DNA of 64,000 nucleotides from an uncultured Candidatus Poseidoniales archaeon (lineage in GTDB: Archaea > Thermoplasmatota > Poseidoniia > Poseidoniales > Poseidoniaceae): positions 68 to 64,067 of the forward strand of contig CAJJAV010000010.1 in NCBI GenBank assembly GCA_905182125.1, given 5' to 3'. Shown in pieces: positions 28,728-38,801 of this stretch. How positions within the stretch are numbered: the stretch's first letter is position 1; each line of letters opens with the position of its first letter. Both the position numbers and the translations under genes were made by a program. The notes under the pieces were generated by a model. The model searched no databases. It worked only from the letters and a program-made list of their open reading frames with translations, and had not been told where the DNA came from.

Positions 28728-31178
28728 TTAGGAAGACAAATCCTTGACTTTTTCGACCAAATCCATTCGCCGAAGTCGCCAAATTCCGAACGGTGTCATA
28801 GCCACAGCGATGAGAATGACACCCGTCATGAGTTGCCAAGCAACACTTGGAACGATCGTGACCGGCACGAAGAACTGCCAAGAAGAGAATGAAGCTGCTA
28901 ATCCGACCGCTCCTCCGTATGCAAACAAAACTCCGACGATACCGCCAATGAGACCGATCAGCAGGCTTTCAAACAGAAGCATCAGACCTAGGCTGCGGGT
29001 CGAGGCTCCAAGCACTCGTAAAGTAGCCAATTCGAAATCACGCTCCGCTACGTTCATGATCATCGTATTGAACATCACAACAATGGTGAACAGGAGGCCG
29101 AGGTACATCATGGTCTGGAAAATTTGGGTCTGCTGGTCCAGTAAACTGTTGATGCCATCGAGCAAGGTTTGCCGCTTGACGACCCCTGTCGAAACTTCAC
29201 CTAAAGCTGAGTCGACCTCTACACCTTCTGGAAATTCCAAATAAATCGAAGTTGCATTGACACCAAGAATCTCGCTCAGATCCCCGCGAAGGAAATACAT
29301 GGTTCGGGCGAGTTCCGCGGTTGCGGTTCCAACAATTTCGACATCGTGTGGTGCGCCATTGATGTGAACTGTTTGTTGTTCTCCAACATTCCATTCGAGG
29401 AAGCGCATGCTCCCTTCTTCCATTACAACTTGAGTGACTGCCATATTCCCAGAAGGAGCCTTGCCATCCAAAAGGGATACTGCGCGCATACCGCTTTCGA
29501 ATGAATCAATGCCAACAAGAGTGAATGTTCGCTCGATATCATCAGCATCAGCAACTGAGCCAAGAGGCATTTCAATGAGCATTTCATAATTGGCAGAATT
29601 GTTCTCCGCCCAATCAAAGACGGGTTGCTCCCCATCTGGCATGATGTAGACTTGCGCATCCCAAGATTGGTCGTTCTCCAAACCGCCTACCATCGTCTCT
29701 TCCAATCCTGCTGACATCATTTGAATCGAACCAAACAGCATCAGAGAAATACCGACTGCGATAAATGTCATCGTAAGTCGGATCGGTTTGCGAACGCTTG
29801 AACGAATCGAAAGGCCAAGCGTTGTAGGCATCCATGAAGTGAGTTTTCGAAGGAGGTTTGAGCCGACGCGCATTTCATTTTGCCCACTCAGCACCTCAAG
29901 CGGGTCGAGTCGACTCGCTTTCCATGCAGGGAATGCTCCGGAAAGGAACACGACACACATGGTAGAGCCGATGACGGTAAGATAGATTGATGACGGAATT
30001 GTACGCACAATGATTGGCATACCAACGAGGTCTTGATAGAAATCAAGCATTCCATTCATGCCCCATGGCCCTGCTAAGGCACCAAGCGCACAGCCAATTC
30101 CACCGATGACAAGAGGCGCAACAAGATAGCCGGTCATGAGCGATGAGCGCTTGACGCCCAGCGTCCGTAATACAGCAATTTCCTTCGCTTGACTTTGCAC
30201 CAAACGCTGCAAACTCAAGACGATCGTGATGGACGCGATTGAGGCAATCATCACGGTAAAGGGAACAGTTGTTCGCTTGGTCCCTTCCAAATCTTGTCGC
30301 ATGACTTCGACCGGTTCATTCTGTCCTCGGTCTCGAACGCGTGCATCCAATTCGGTGGCAGAAAGTGAAGCATCAACAATCCCTTTCAGCACATCAATTT
30401 CTTCACCTTCATACTCAGGCGTATCAGGTAAATCATAGGACGGTGTTCCTTCAACATCCAAAACAATTGTGTTACTTGTTCCAACAGCATGACCTGTCAG
30501 TCGAGCCATTCCAGTATCGGAAAGGTAACCGACCACATACTGGCCTGATTCAGGCGGGAACAACGTACCTTCAGGAGCCATCATCACATGCAAGGGGTGA
30601 TACCCTGTCCCAACAACCGTGAAAGAAGCACTCGTGTTTCCTGCACTAATATTCACCGTATCTCCAAGCTCGATTTCGAGAGCTTCAGTGACGTGAGCAT
30701 CGATCACAATTTCATCAGCAGCAGCCGCTGTTCGACCTATGGAATGCCCTTCAGGCATCCATACGCGGTCAGCATTTGCATCACCAGGAATACCATGCCA
30801 GAAAGAGTTGATGAGGTGCCCCCCAGTGCCATTGGTGTGGAACATTGTACCTTGGGTAACGGTGCGTCCTTCACATGAATCAAGAGAGAAGAGGGCGGCA
30901 GGGTTTGAGCCAAATTCTGATGCTAATGAATCGCAGAAAGCATCCACTTGGCCCGGGCTCCAAGTTGCACTGCGGTTGTCAATCCAAAGATCTGCAAGAT
31001 TTGCACCCCCATCGTCATCGGCTTGCATGGTCTCATACATGCCCCCAAGATTGTGTGCGTAACCGCCAAAAGTGATTCCGGCAAAGACGCCGACGAACAC
31101 CATCAAAACAACGGCTACGAGCCGGAGTTTTGTACGCCAAAGGCTTCGTGCCAAGCGCTTATTCAGGAGGGTCGACAT
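28728..31178 (-). CDS. FtsX/MacB-family ABC transporter permease (two permease modules)
   Basis: QRLVQSQAKEIAVLRTLG and MNVAERDFELATLRVLGAS repeats; GGAGG RBS before ATG 31178. Confidence 0.9.
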   Translation of the reverse strand: MSTLLNKRLARSLWRTKLRLVAVVLMVFVGVFAGITFGGYAHNLGGMYETMQADDDGGANLADLWIDNRSATWSPGQVDAFCDSLASEFGSNPAALFSLDSCEGRTVTQGTMFHTNGTGGHLINSFWHGIPGDANADRVWMPEGHSIGRTAAAADEIVIDAHVTEALEIELGDTVNISAGNTSASFTVVGTGYHPLHVMMAPEGTLFPPESGQYVVGYLSDTGMARLTGHAVGTSNTIVLDVEGTPSYDLPDTPEYEGEEIDVLKGIVDASLSATELDARVRDRGQNEPVEVMRQDLEGTKRTTVPFTVMIASIASITIVLSLQRLVQSQAKEIAVLRTLGVKRSSLMTGYLVAPLVIGGIGCALGALAGPWGMNGMLDFYQDLVGMPIIVRTIPSSIYLTVIGSTMCVVFLSGAFPAWKASRLDPLEVLSGQNEMRVGSNLLRKLTSWMPTTLGLSIRSSVRKPIRLTMTFIAVGISLMLFGSIQMMSAGLEETMVGGLENDQSWDAQVYIMPDGEQPVFDWAENNSANYEMLIEMPLGSVADADDIERTFTLVGIDSFESGMRAVSLLDGKAPSGNMAVTQVVMEEGSMRFLEWNVGEQQTVHINGAPHDVEIVGTATAELARTMYFLRGDLSEILGVNATSIYLEFPEGVEVDSALGEVSTGVVKRQTLLDGINSLLDQQTQIFQTMMYLGLLFTIVVMFNTMIMNVAERDFELATLRVLGASTRSLGLMLLFESLLIGLIGGIVGVLFAYGGAVGLAASFSSWQFFVPVTIVPSVAWQLMTGVILIAVAMTPFGIWRLRRMDLVEKVKDLSS

Positions 31179-31192
31179 CCAATAGCCTCCAA

Positions 31193-31888
31193 TCAAGCAT
31201 CTTCATCGGAGCTGTCGACTTTTTGATCGGAGATGATTTTTCCACTGTCAATACGAATGACACGGGTTGCATACTTGACCAAGCCTTCATCATGCGTGAC
31301 AAAAACTGCAGTGATGTTCTCTTGCTCGCAAGCGTGAACTAAAGCCTCCATGACTTTGTTTGAAGTTTCAGTATCGAGGTTCCCTGTCAATTCATCCCCA
31401 AGCAGAAGAGTTGGGCGCTTTGCGATGCTTCGGGCAATGGCGACACGTTGTTGTTGACCACCACTAATTTCACCAGGAAAACGGTTGATTTCTGCTTCAA
31501 GCCCAACAAGTTTGAGCAATTCTTTGGCTCGCACTGGGTCTTTTTTGCCAGCCAATTCTTGAATTAAGTGAATGTTCTCGAGGACAGTGAGGTCTTGCAG
31601 GAGGTTGAAGAACTGGAACACATAACCAATGTTCTCTCTTCTGAAGGACGTCATTTTCTCTGAATGGCTCCGAGGTACTTCCGTGCCTTGGAACATGTAC
31701 ATCCCATTCGTTGGGCTATCAAGCGCTGAAAGGCAATTGAGCAGGGTCGTTTTTCCGGAACCAGAGGGGCCAAGCAGGATGACGCGTTCACCTTCTTGGA
31801 TTTCGAGGTTGATCCCATCAAGCGCTTTGACGGTACCAGCCGGTGTTTGGTAATGCCTTTGCAGGTCGTTCATTTGTAGCAATGACAT
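31193..31888 (-). CDS. ABC transporter ATP-binding protein (LolD/MacB type)
   Basis: GPSGSGKTT, ISGGQQQRVAIAR, DELTGNLD, VTHD. Confidence 0.95.
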   Translation of the reverse strand: MSLLQMNDLQRHYQTPAGTVKALDGINLEIQEGERVILLGPSGSGKTTLLNCLSALDSPTNGMYMFQGTEVPRSHSEKMTSFRRENIGYVFQFFNLLQDLTVLENIHLIQELAGKKDPVRAKELLKLVGLEAEINRFPGEISGGQQQRVAIARSIAKRPTLLLGDELTGNLDTETSNKVMEALVHACEQENITAVFVTHDEGLVKYATRVIRIDSGKIISDQKVDSSDEDA

Positions 31889-31979
31889 ACGCTCATACTC
31901 CCGATGCTTATTTCCAACAAGCCCGCATACTTCATAATGATGGTACTTAGCAAACCGATTCCTCAGAGTGGTGAAGCAC

Positions 31980-31985
31980 TTATAT
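31980..31985 (+). promoter_or_regulatory. TATA box of the leaderless HTH regulator gene
   Basis: TTATAT at -28..-23 of ATG 32008. Confidence 0.6.
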
Positions 31986-32007
31986 CAAGCATGGACAATC
32001 GTCGAAT

Positions 32008-32643
32008 ATGCGCGAAATACACCTTCGTTGGACGGCTGACACCGTTGCGAACTCCGAATATGGGCCTATTGCTAAAATAGCCCACAATTTAGAGGTTGTA
32101 GGCCATCTTGACATCGGTGAGAAGGGCATCCGGCAATTGATTTATCCAACTTTTTGCGAAGGCAAAGGACCCGATGACCTCAACGATGTACCGTTTCTCG
32201 ATGTTGAATCTGCGTTGGGGGTCGGCGAAGGAGGTTACCTCGTGGTGTGGAATTCTCACCCCCTTTCGATTGCCGCAATCAAGTTTGAAAACATTCACAT
32301 TCTCCCTCCTTACACCTACGGTGGCGAAGGCATCTCAATCAAAGTAAGAGGCGTACCGAGTGGTATTTCTGAATTCTTGAAAATTGCTCGTAAGCTCCTG
32401 CCTCCTGATGTGGTGAAAGTCGTTGAAATGGAAAGCAGCAAAAGCATCGTCGAAACATTGCTCACTGAACGACAAATCAAATGCATGAAAATGGCCGTTA
32501 CATCGGGGTATTACGAACACCCCAAGACCATCAATTTGAGGGAACTCGCAGAATTAATGGACACACCCCGTTCGACGCTTCAAGAACACCTTAGTCGGGC
32601 CGAAGTTGCACTTATGCAATGGGGTTCAGACCAAATTGAATGA
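32008..32643 (+). CDS. HTH_10 (bacterio-opsin activator-type) transcriptional regulator
   Basis: LTERQIKCMKMAVTSGYYEHPKTINLRELAELMDTPRSTLQEHLSRAE. Confidence 0.88.
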   Translation: MREIHLRWTADTVANSEYGPIAKIAHNLEVVGHLDIGEKGIRQLIYPTFCEGKGPDDLNDVPFLDVESALGVGEGGYLVVWNSHPLSIAAIKFENIHILPPYTYGGEGISIKVRGVPSGISEFLKIARKLLPPDVVKVVEMESSKSIVETLLTERQIKCMKMAVTSGYYEHPKTINLRELAELMDTPRSTLQEHLSRAEVALMQWGSDQIE

Positions 32644-32691
32644 GAACACTCAGGTGCAAAACCTTGAGGATGGGGACACGGTGGACACCTC

Positions 32692-33489
32692 ATGGACAAA
32701 GCCGACCGGCTCCAAAAGCTGTTGCCAAATGGCCGTGGTGTCTGGATTCCAATTGACCACGGTGCCTCGGATTTCCCAATCCCTGGCCTCAAGGACACAG
32801 AAGGCGTGATTCGGTCCCTTGTTGCTGCTGGTGTGGACGGTATCATCGCCCAAAAGGGTCTCGTAGATCACTACCATCATCTCTGTGATGGAAGTCCGAC
32901 TTCAATGGTGATTCATTTCTCAGTGTCCACAAGGCACGCAGGACCGGACACTGCAAACAAAGTCTTGGTTGGTCATGCCGATGAAGTCCTCGCCCGTGGT
33001 GGGATTGGGATTTCTTGCCAAGTAAACATGGGCAGCCCAAATGAGGCAAGAATGATCGAGCGGATGGGCGAAATGAGCCGACAGGCCCTCCATCACAACC
33101 TGCCAATGTTCGGCATGGTCTATGCACGTGGGGAACACCTCGACCCAATCGAAGGCGACACAACTGGCGGCAACGCTCATGCTGTTCGCCTTGCTTTTGA
33201 ACTGGGTTGTGACGCTGCAAAGACCGTATGGACGGGTGATAGCGAATCCTTCAGAACCATCGCCTCTGCATCCCCAATACCCATCCTTGTAGCGGGAGGT
33301 CCTTCGACTGGAGACAGCCGAGGCATCCTCACCATGGTACGCTCAGCGCTTGACGCTGGCGCATCGGGCGTTTGCATGGGCCGTCAGGTGTTTGCTCACG
33401 ACAACGTCGAGGGCATTGCCCGTGCTTTGGTGATGCTGGTTCATCAAAACGCATCGGTTGACGACGCTTTGCACGCCTGCAATTTGTGA
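32692..33489 (+). CDS. aroA': 2-amino-3,7-dideoxy-D-threo-hept-6-ulosonate synthase (class I aldolase, DhnA family)
   Basis: PIDHG, ELGCDAAKT (Schiff-base Lys), AGGP and GRQVF motifs; directly upstream of DHQ synthase II. Confidence 0.82.
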   Translation: MDKADRLQKLLPNGRGVWIPIDHGASDFPIPGLKDTEGVIRSLVAAGVDGIIAQKGLVDHYHHLCDGSPTSMVIHFSVSTRHAGPDTANKVLVGHADEVLARGGIGISCQVNMGSPNEARMIERMGEMSRQALHHNLPMFGMVYARGEHLDPIEGDTTGGNAHAVRLAFELGCDAAKTVWTGDSESFRTIASASPIPILVAGGPSTGDSRGILTMVRSALDAGASGVCMGRQVFAHDNVEGIARALVMLVHQNASVDDALHACNL

Positions 33490-33498
33490 GGTAGCATC

Positions 33499-34506
33499 AT
33501 GGAACTTTGGATTGATCTGCGCGAATCCAACACACCTCAAGAGGAAAAACCAATGGGTTTTGAACGCTCAATCGGTGGCGATGTCACTGTCGAAGGCAAC
33601 AAACTCATTCAGGCCGGCACGACGATTGGTGCCGCGCTTCACATCGAAAAAGGCGAAAACCAAGATGAAGCAAGGGCATTGATTGGCAGCGTTTCTTGGT
33701 TGCTTGTCTCCTTTGAAGACTGGTCGATGATTCCTCTTGAAAACTTGATTGCTGCAGCGGAAGGAACACCCACTCAAATCGCTGCTCTCCTCACCAAGGT
33801 GACTCAAATCCAAGGCGCTGCTTTTGCACTTGAACGAGGCGTTGATGCTGTCGTCGTCAGCCCTGATGAGGCCTTGATTGAAGCAGCTCAAATTTCGAAA
33901 GCGCAGCGACTGGAACGGCTGGATGTTGCATCGATACCAGCAACCCCCTCCGTCACCAATCTTCAACTTTGCAATTTGAGGATCACTTCTGTCGAAGAAG
34001 GTGGTATAGGCGAGCGATACTGCGTCGATTTCACTTCACTGCTCAACATCGGCGAAGGCATGCTGATCGGTTCAAACGCCTCGAGTTTTATGCTGGTGCA
34101 CAGTGAGACAATACCTTCTGAGTTCGTACCAGTGCGGCCCTTCCGCGTCAATGCTGGTTCGCCACAGTCGTATGTCTTGATGGGCGATGGCTCAACAAAA
34201 TACCTCTCCGAATTAACTTCTGGCGACCAAGTAACCGTTGTCAACGCCCATGGTGCAACCCGGAATGTCGTTGTTGGACGGCTCAAAATTGAGCAGCGTC
34301 CACTTTTGTTATTCCGGTGGGAATATGAAAACCATAAAGAGGGGCATATGTTCTTGCAACAAGCAGAGACGGTACGAGCCGTTGATTCAACCGGAACCGC
34401 AACTTCAGTAACTTCACTTGCAATTGGGGATAAAATTCTAGGTTGGTCTGACGCGGGTGCACGCCACATTGGAGTCACTATCTCGAGCACCGTTTCAGAG
34501 AGGTGA
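33499..34506 (+). CDS. aroB': 3-dehydroquinate synthase II
   Basis: WSMIPLENLIAA, LERGVD, RYCVDF, LVHSET, RPFRVNAG, KYLSEL, KIEQRPLL, LQQAETV. Confidence 0.93.
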   Translation: MELWIDLRESNTPQEEKPMGFERSIGGDVTVEGNKLIQAGTTIGAALHIEKGENQDEARALIGSVSWLLVSFEDWSMIPLENLIAAAEGTPTQIAALLTKVTQIQGAAFALERGVDAVVVSPDEALIEAAQISKAQRLERLDVASIPATPSVTNLQLCNLRITSVEEGGIGERYCVDFTSLLNIGEGMLIGSNASSFMLVHSETIPSEFVPVRPFRVNAGSPQSYVLMGDGSTKYLSELTSGDQVTVVNAHGATRNVVVGRLKIEQRPLLLFRWEYENHKEGHMFLQQAETVRAVDSTGTATSVTSLAIGDKILGWSDAGARHIGVTISSTVSER

Positions 34507-34510
34507 GCAA

Positions 34511-35398
34511 TTGGCGGTACTAGGAAATGGCAAGGCACATGGTGCTTGTAGCCTCCTCCATGCAGCCGGACTCGGCTACGGAGCAAGTGTTGCCCTCGAC
34601 TTACCAATCGCTGTTCGACTTCTTGACACGCCAAGTAAGCGTGATTTAGATGACCCTGACGGCCTGCTCGACCAGGTTCTTTTGGCTTGGAAGAATGCTG
34701 GCTACGGCTATCCAAACGATCGAACAGCTGATGAATTGCATTGGGCTGTCGCATCCAAAATACCCGCTCGGCAAGGTCTCAAATCGAGCGCTGCGACCGC
34801 AGTTGCTGCTGTTCGGGCGCTGGCTGATGCGACCTCAACTGATCTGGAAGATGCAGAAATCGTGGCCCTCGCAGCACAAGCTCAAATTGACGCCGGTGTG
34901 TCGTTGACTGGCTCCATCGATGATGCATGGGCGTGTGCCACACCTGGATGGAAGCTTGTCGACACTCAAGCAGAGACCATCGGCGAGGGCGTCCTTTTGG
35001 AGAGCCCTGGCCCAAGTTCAGAAGATTGGTACGTCCTTCTGGTTTGTCGAGGCGACAGAGCCCACAGACCAACTCTGGAAGATTTCGTCGACCATCGGGG
35101 AGCCTTCGAACAAGCGCTAAGTGCGCTTCAAGAAGGCAGGGAGCTTGTCGCTCTTACTTGGAACGGTCGAGCCATGCTCAATGTGCTGGGTGATGGACTC
35201 GGTCGAAAACTCACGAATGATGCGCTGATCAATGGTGCACGGGCAGCAGGAGTTTCGGGTTCGGGCACAGCCCTTGTGGTGATCGCTCCAAAGGTCAGCA
35301 AGCCGACATGTGACCGACTGAAACAATATTTTGAGAATCAAGAAGATGGATTTACTGTGATTGAGACTTCGTTCCTCAACCAAATCGTCGAAGAATAA
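34511..35398 (+). CDS. aroK: Archaeal (GHMP-type) shikimate kinase
   Basis: SKIPARQGLKSSAA, VSLTGSIDDAWA and AGVSGSG motifs; TTG start after AGGTGA. Confidence 0.9.
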   Translation: MAVLGNGKAHGACSLLHAAGLGYGASVALDLPIAVRLLDTPSKRDLDDPDGLLDQVLLAWKNAGYGYPNDRTADELHWAVASKIPARQGLKSSAATAVAAVRALADATSTDLEDAEIVALAAQAQIDAGVSLTGSIDDAWACATPGWKLVDTQAETIGEGVLLESPGPSSEDWYVLLVCRGDRAHRPTLEDFVDHRGAFEQALSALQEGRELVALTWNGRAMLNVLGDGLGRKLTNDALINGARAAGVSGSGTALVVIAPKVSKPTCDRLKQYFENQEDGFTVIETSFLNQIVEE

Positions 35399-35457
35399 AC
35401 GCCCGTGATGCCGCACGCAACTTCTTGAAGGAAGCACTGCTGGAAAGAACGAATCAC

Positions 35458-36540
35458 ATGCAAATGAACCTTGGTGAACACCTTCGCTTGACCCTGTATG
35501 GGACGAGCCATGGCCCAAGTGTTGGAGCCATCATTGAAGGGATTCCAAAAGGGCTCATCGTAGATTTTGTAGCATTGCGCCAGGCCATGGCCTCACGACG
35601 CCCTGGTGGGCGTTATGCGAGCAAACGCCGTGAAGAAGACCATGTGGAGTTTCTCAGCGGTGTGACCGATGGATGCACCACTGGCGAAGCGGTGGAACTT
35701 TCCATTGCCAACCAAGATGCCAAATCAAAGGATTACAGTTTCCTACCCAATCACCCACGTCCAGGTCATCAAGACATGGTGATGCACAAGCGCATGAAGG
35801 GTGATGCCGATCTTCGAGGTGGAGGTTCGTCTTCTGCCCGTCTTACAGCTCCTCTTGTGGCTGCAGCAGCACTTGTTGCGCCATTGCTCAAACTTCATGG
35901 AGTCCAGTTTGAAGCCCATGTCGGAGCGATTGGGGCAATCCAAGCAGGTCCAATGCATGATCAACCGCCACGCTGGGCCACTGAAGCATGCAAGGAAATG
36001 CGATGCCGTGATCCAACGGCGGCAGAAGCAATGGTCGAATGCGTTGAAGCCCACCGCATGAACCTCAATTCAGTTGGAAGTCAAGTCGACCTCACCATCC
36101 AAAATGTCCCTTTCGGTCTTGGAGAGCCTTGGTTTGATGGCCTCGAACCAGCATTAGCTCGTGCCATGATGGCAATTCCAGCCGCACGTGGTGTGGTTTT
36201 TGGCCGCGGTTTTGAAGCCGTATCGATGACTGGAAAGGAACACAATGACGCGTGGGGGGGCACACCTGACCACCCGGAACTCCTCGGCGAGAAGCCGGAC
36301 GGTGTGCTCGCAGGATTGGCCACTGGGTCCCCTATTTGCTGTTCTGTGGCCTTCAAACCTCCATCGAGCATCGCAGCTGAACAGCACACCCTCAACCTCG
36401 AAACGGGCGCCATTGAACCGCTGGTTGTCAAAGGTCGTCACGATCCTGTCCTCGGGCCTCGAGCGGTATCTGTGGTTGAAGCCATGGCTACTTTGGTCCT
36501 TACAGACCTTGCACTCAGAGGGGGCTTCATCGATGCCTGA
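35458..36540 (+). CDS. aroC: Chorismate synthase
   Basis: GTSHG, PRPGHQD, RGGGSSSARLTA, AIPAARGV, FKPPSSI, GRHDP. Confidence 0.95.
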   Translation: MQMNLGEHLRLTLYGTSHGPSVGAIIEGIPKGLIVDFVALRQAMASRRPGGRYASKRREEDHVEFLSGVTDGCTTGEAVELSIANQDAKSKDYSFLPNHPRPGHQDMVMHKRMKGDADLRGGGSSSARLTAPLVAAAALVAPLLKLHGVQFEAHVGAIGAIQAGPMHDQPPRWATEACKEMRCRDPTAAEAMVECVEAHRMNLNSVGSQVDLTIQNVPFGLGEPWFDGLEPALARAMMAIPAARGVVFGRGFEAVSMTGKEHNDAWGGTPDHPELLGEKPDGVLAGLATGSPICCSVAFKPPSSIAAEQHTLNLETGAIEPLVVKGRHDPVLGPRAVSVVEAMATLVLTDLALRGGFIDA

Positions 36541-37855
36541 GTCAATCACTGTTCACAAGTTTGGAGGCTCCTGCCTCCGGGATTCATCCGACCTCGATCG
36601 GATCGCTGAAGTGATTGGCGCTTGGGAAGGCCGCTCGATGGTGGTGGTCTCAGCCCTCTGGGGCACAACCGACCGGTTGATGCGAGCCAGCAAAGAACCA
36701 CGTTATGCCAGTCGCTTGGTCAACGATCTATCGAGCCAGCATCTTCGGTTTGCCCCTGGACTGCTGAGCAGTGAACTGGGACCGCTGTTCACGAAGGTGC
36801 TCAAGGGCATCGAACAGTCGCTTGTGGAACTTGCAAGGCAGCCAAACAACGGTGTCGCTATCAACCGACTTCTCGCTGCTGGTGAACGCCTCTCCGCTTT
36901 GGTGATCGCTGACCGCCTCAAACAATACGGAATCAAAGCGCACCCAGTTGGTGCAGAAGACATCGGTTTGAGATTGAATGGCATCAACCGAGCCCCAACT
37001 GTCGATTTGGCGGCCTCAATGGGGTTGCTCGACCGCAATGCGCTTCATGACACACCGGTGATCACAGGTTGGTTCGGTGAAGGAAAGGACGGCGAACTTG
37101 CCCTTCTCAGCCGTGGTGGTTCCGACCATACTGCAACATCAATCGGTCGTTTGGTCGATGCAGCCAGAGTGATTCTTTGGAAAGATGTCGAAGGAATTTT
37201 GCCCCTCAACCCACGTTGGGGCATCGCCACCGACCCGATCGCTTACCTTGGGTACGGCGAGGCAATGGAACTCTCTCGACTTGACACTCCAATCCTTCAT
37301 CCCGCTACGGTCGAACCACTCGCAGACACGGGAATCCCGCTGGAAGTTCGACATCTTCACGGCCAAGTGAACGAACGGGCTGCAACCGTGGTCGGTCCGG
37401 ACCTGTATGAAGAGAACGTGATCAAAGCGATTGGGTGCTTACCGAGCGTGGTTTCAATTCACTGCTTAACACGCTCGCTTGAGCAGCAAAGCCGACGATT
37501 AGGCGAGGTTTTAGTCAACTTTGCCGAAGCGGAAATAGCCTGTTGGCACCTCGATGCTCAGCCTGGAGAAATCAGATGGATTGTTTCTCAACATGATGCA
37601 GACACAGCATGTGAATTAATTGAGAAGCACTTCAGTGAATCGACTTCAGAAACATTCAGCGCCATTGTGTCGCTGGTTGGAAACAGAAAAACAACCCAAA
37701 GAGGCAGTTATATTCGATTAGAGGAAGCCGAAAGATTGGGTGTCGAAGTGTTGTCAGACACCGGTCACGCAGTACGAATGCTCACCAAAACAGAAGACAT
37801 GGCAGAACTCTTGCAGCAATTGAGTCAGCGCTGTGGTTTGAAGCACGCTTTGTAG
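36533..37855 (+). CDS. lysC: Aspartate kinase
   Basis: VHKFGGS, VVVSALWGTTD, GERLSA, LSRGGSDHTA, WKDVEGI; ATG overlaps the aroC stop region. Confidence 0.88.
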   Translation: MPESITVHKFGGSCLRDSSDLDRIAEVIGAWEGRSMVVVSALWGTTDRLMRASKEPRYASRLVNDLSSQHLRFAPGLLSSELGPLFTKVLKGIEQSLVELARQPNNGVAINRLLAAGERLSALVIADRLKQYGIKAHPVGAEDIGLRLNGINRAPTVDLAASMGLLDRNALHDTPVITGWFGEGKDGELALLSRGGSDHTATSIGRLVDAARVILWKDVEGILPLNPRWGIATDPIAYLGYGEAMELSRLDTPILHPATVEPLADTGIPLEVRHLHGQVNERAATVVGPDLYEENVIKAIGCLPSVVSIHCLTRSLEQQSRRLGEVLVNFAEAEIACWHLDAQPGEIRWIVSQHDADTACELIEKHFSESTSETFSAIVSLVGNRKTTQRGSYIRLEEAERLGVEVLSDTGHAVRMLTKTEDMAELLQQLSQRCGLKHAL

Positions 37856-37867
37856 AGAAGCAATGGC

Positions 37868-38791
37868 TCAATCTGCTCGCTTCTCTCGGAAGTTTTGCAG
37901 GTGTGTTGGAAGGTTGAGGGCGAATAAGCCGCCAACCACACAGAAGACAAAGAAGGTTCCAAGAGCGACACCGTAAACTGAAATCAGTTCCACTGATTCT
38001 TCCATTCGAGTGGCCGTGTCTTTGGAGAAGATCCCCACGAAGAAGGGCAGGATGGTGTTGGCAGAGAGCACAACAGTAGCGAGCACAACGGCGATGATTG
38101 GGTTGATGATGAGGGAACGGTGGTACTTTCCAACGATTTTTTGTGGGTTCATGACGTACACTTCATTGGTACGAATACTTGTGTCGAGCATTGAGTAGCG
38201 AAGGACGCCGTTGCTGAGTTCGAAGTACATGATCAAGAGCACAGCATACACCACGACGAGCGCAGAAAGAAGGAACGGCTTGTCTTGAAGACCGAAAAGA
38301 TCGTTTGAGAGGGTGACTTTGGAAGAAGCAAATCGAAGAATAGCGAGGATGAACAAGATATTGCTCACCAAACTGAACCTTCCATCTCGCTGGAAGGTGC
38401 CCCAGAAGCCTGTGCCTGTCGCTGCAACAATCAATACGAGTTGAAGGATCGTTGCAAGACCGAGGCTGCCGGTAATCATGTACCAAACGGTGCCTTCTGG
38501 CGGAGAGATCATGTAAGTCAGCATAGCGAGTGCAACCAGCACTCCGTAAACGCAGAGTTGGAGGGTTTGCACCCACTTAGCGGGTGGTAGGAATTTGTTC
38601 TTAGGGACGAGAGGGCCACCAAGCAAACTTTCGATGAATGTTGGGATTTCAACTTTTGGTATTGCATCCTTAGGGATGTCACTGCCTGAGCCGATTTGGC
38701 CAGCTGCCTTCTTTCGAGAAGGAGCAGATGATCGGACGGTTTTACCATCGTAAAGATGGGCGGTATCACTGGATGGTTTGCTTACAGTCAT
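37868..38791 (-). CDS. Polytopic membrane protein of the MoxR operon
   Basis: Several hydrophobic segments; GAGGTGA RBS; immediately downstream of the DUF58 gene. Confidence 0.7.
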   Translation of the reverse strand: MTVSKPSSDTAHLYDGKTVRSSAPSRKKAAGQIGSGSDIPKDAIPKVEIPTFIESLLGGPLVPKNKFLPPAKWVQTLQLCVYGVLVALAMLTYMISPPEGTVWYMITGSLGLATILQLVLIVAATGTGFWGTFQRDGRFSLVSNILFILAILRFASSKVTLSNDLFGLQDKPFLLSALVVVYAVLLIMYFELSNGVLRYSMLDTSIRTNEVYVMNPQKIVGKYHRSLIINPIIAVVLATVVLSANTILPFFVGIFSKDTATRMEESVELISVYGVALGTFFVFCVVGGLFALNLPTHLQNFREKRAD

Positions 38792-38801
38792 ATTCTTCAC
38801 C

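Noticed and set aside
36245-36532. Long N-terminal extensions in the ORF track (lysC, atpK, S8 at 52542, acyl-CoA dehydrogenase, thioredoxin-like, orn)
   Set aside because: They arise from upstream alternative start codons overlapping neighbouring genes; downstream ATGs fit the family N-termini and RBS or TATA spacing
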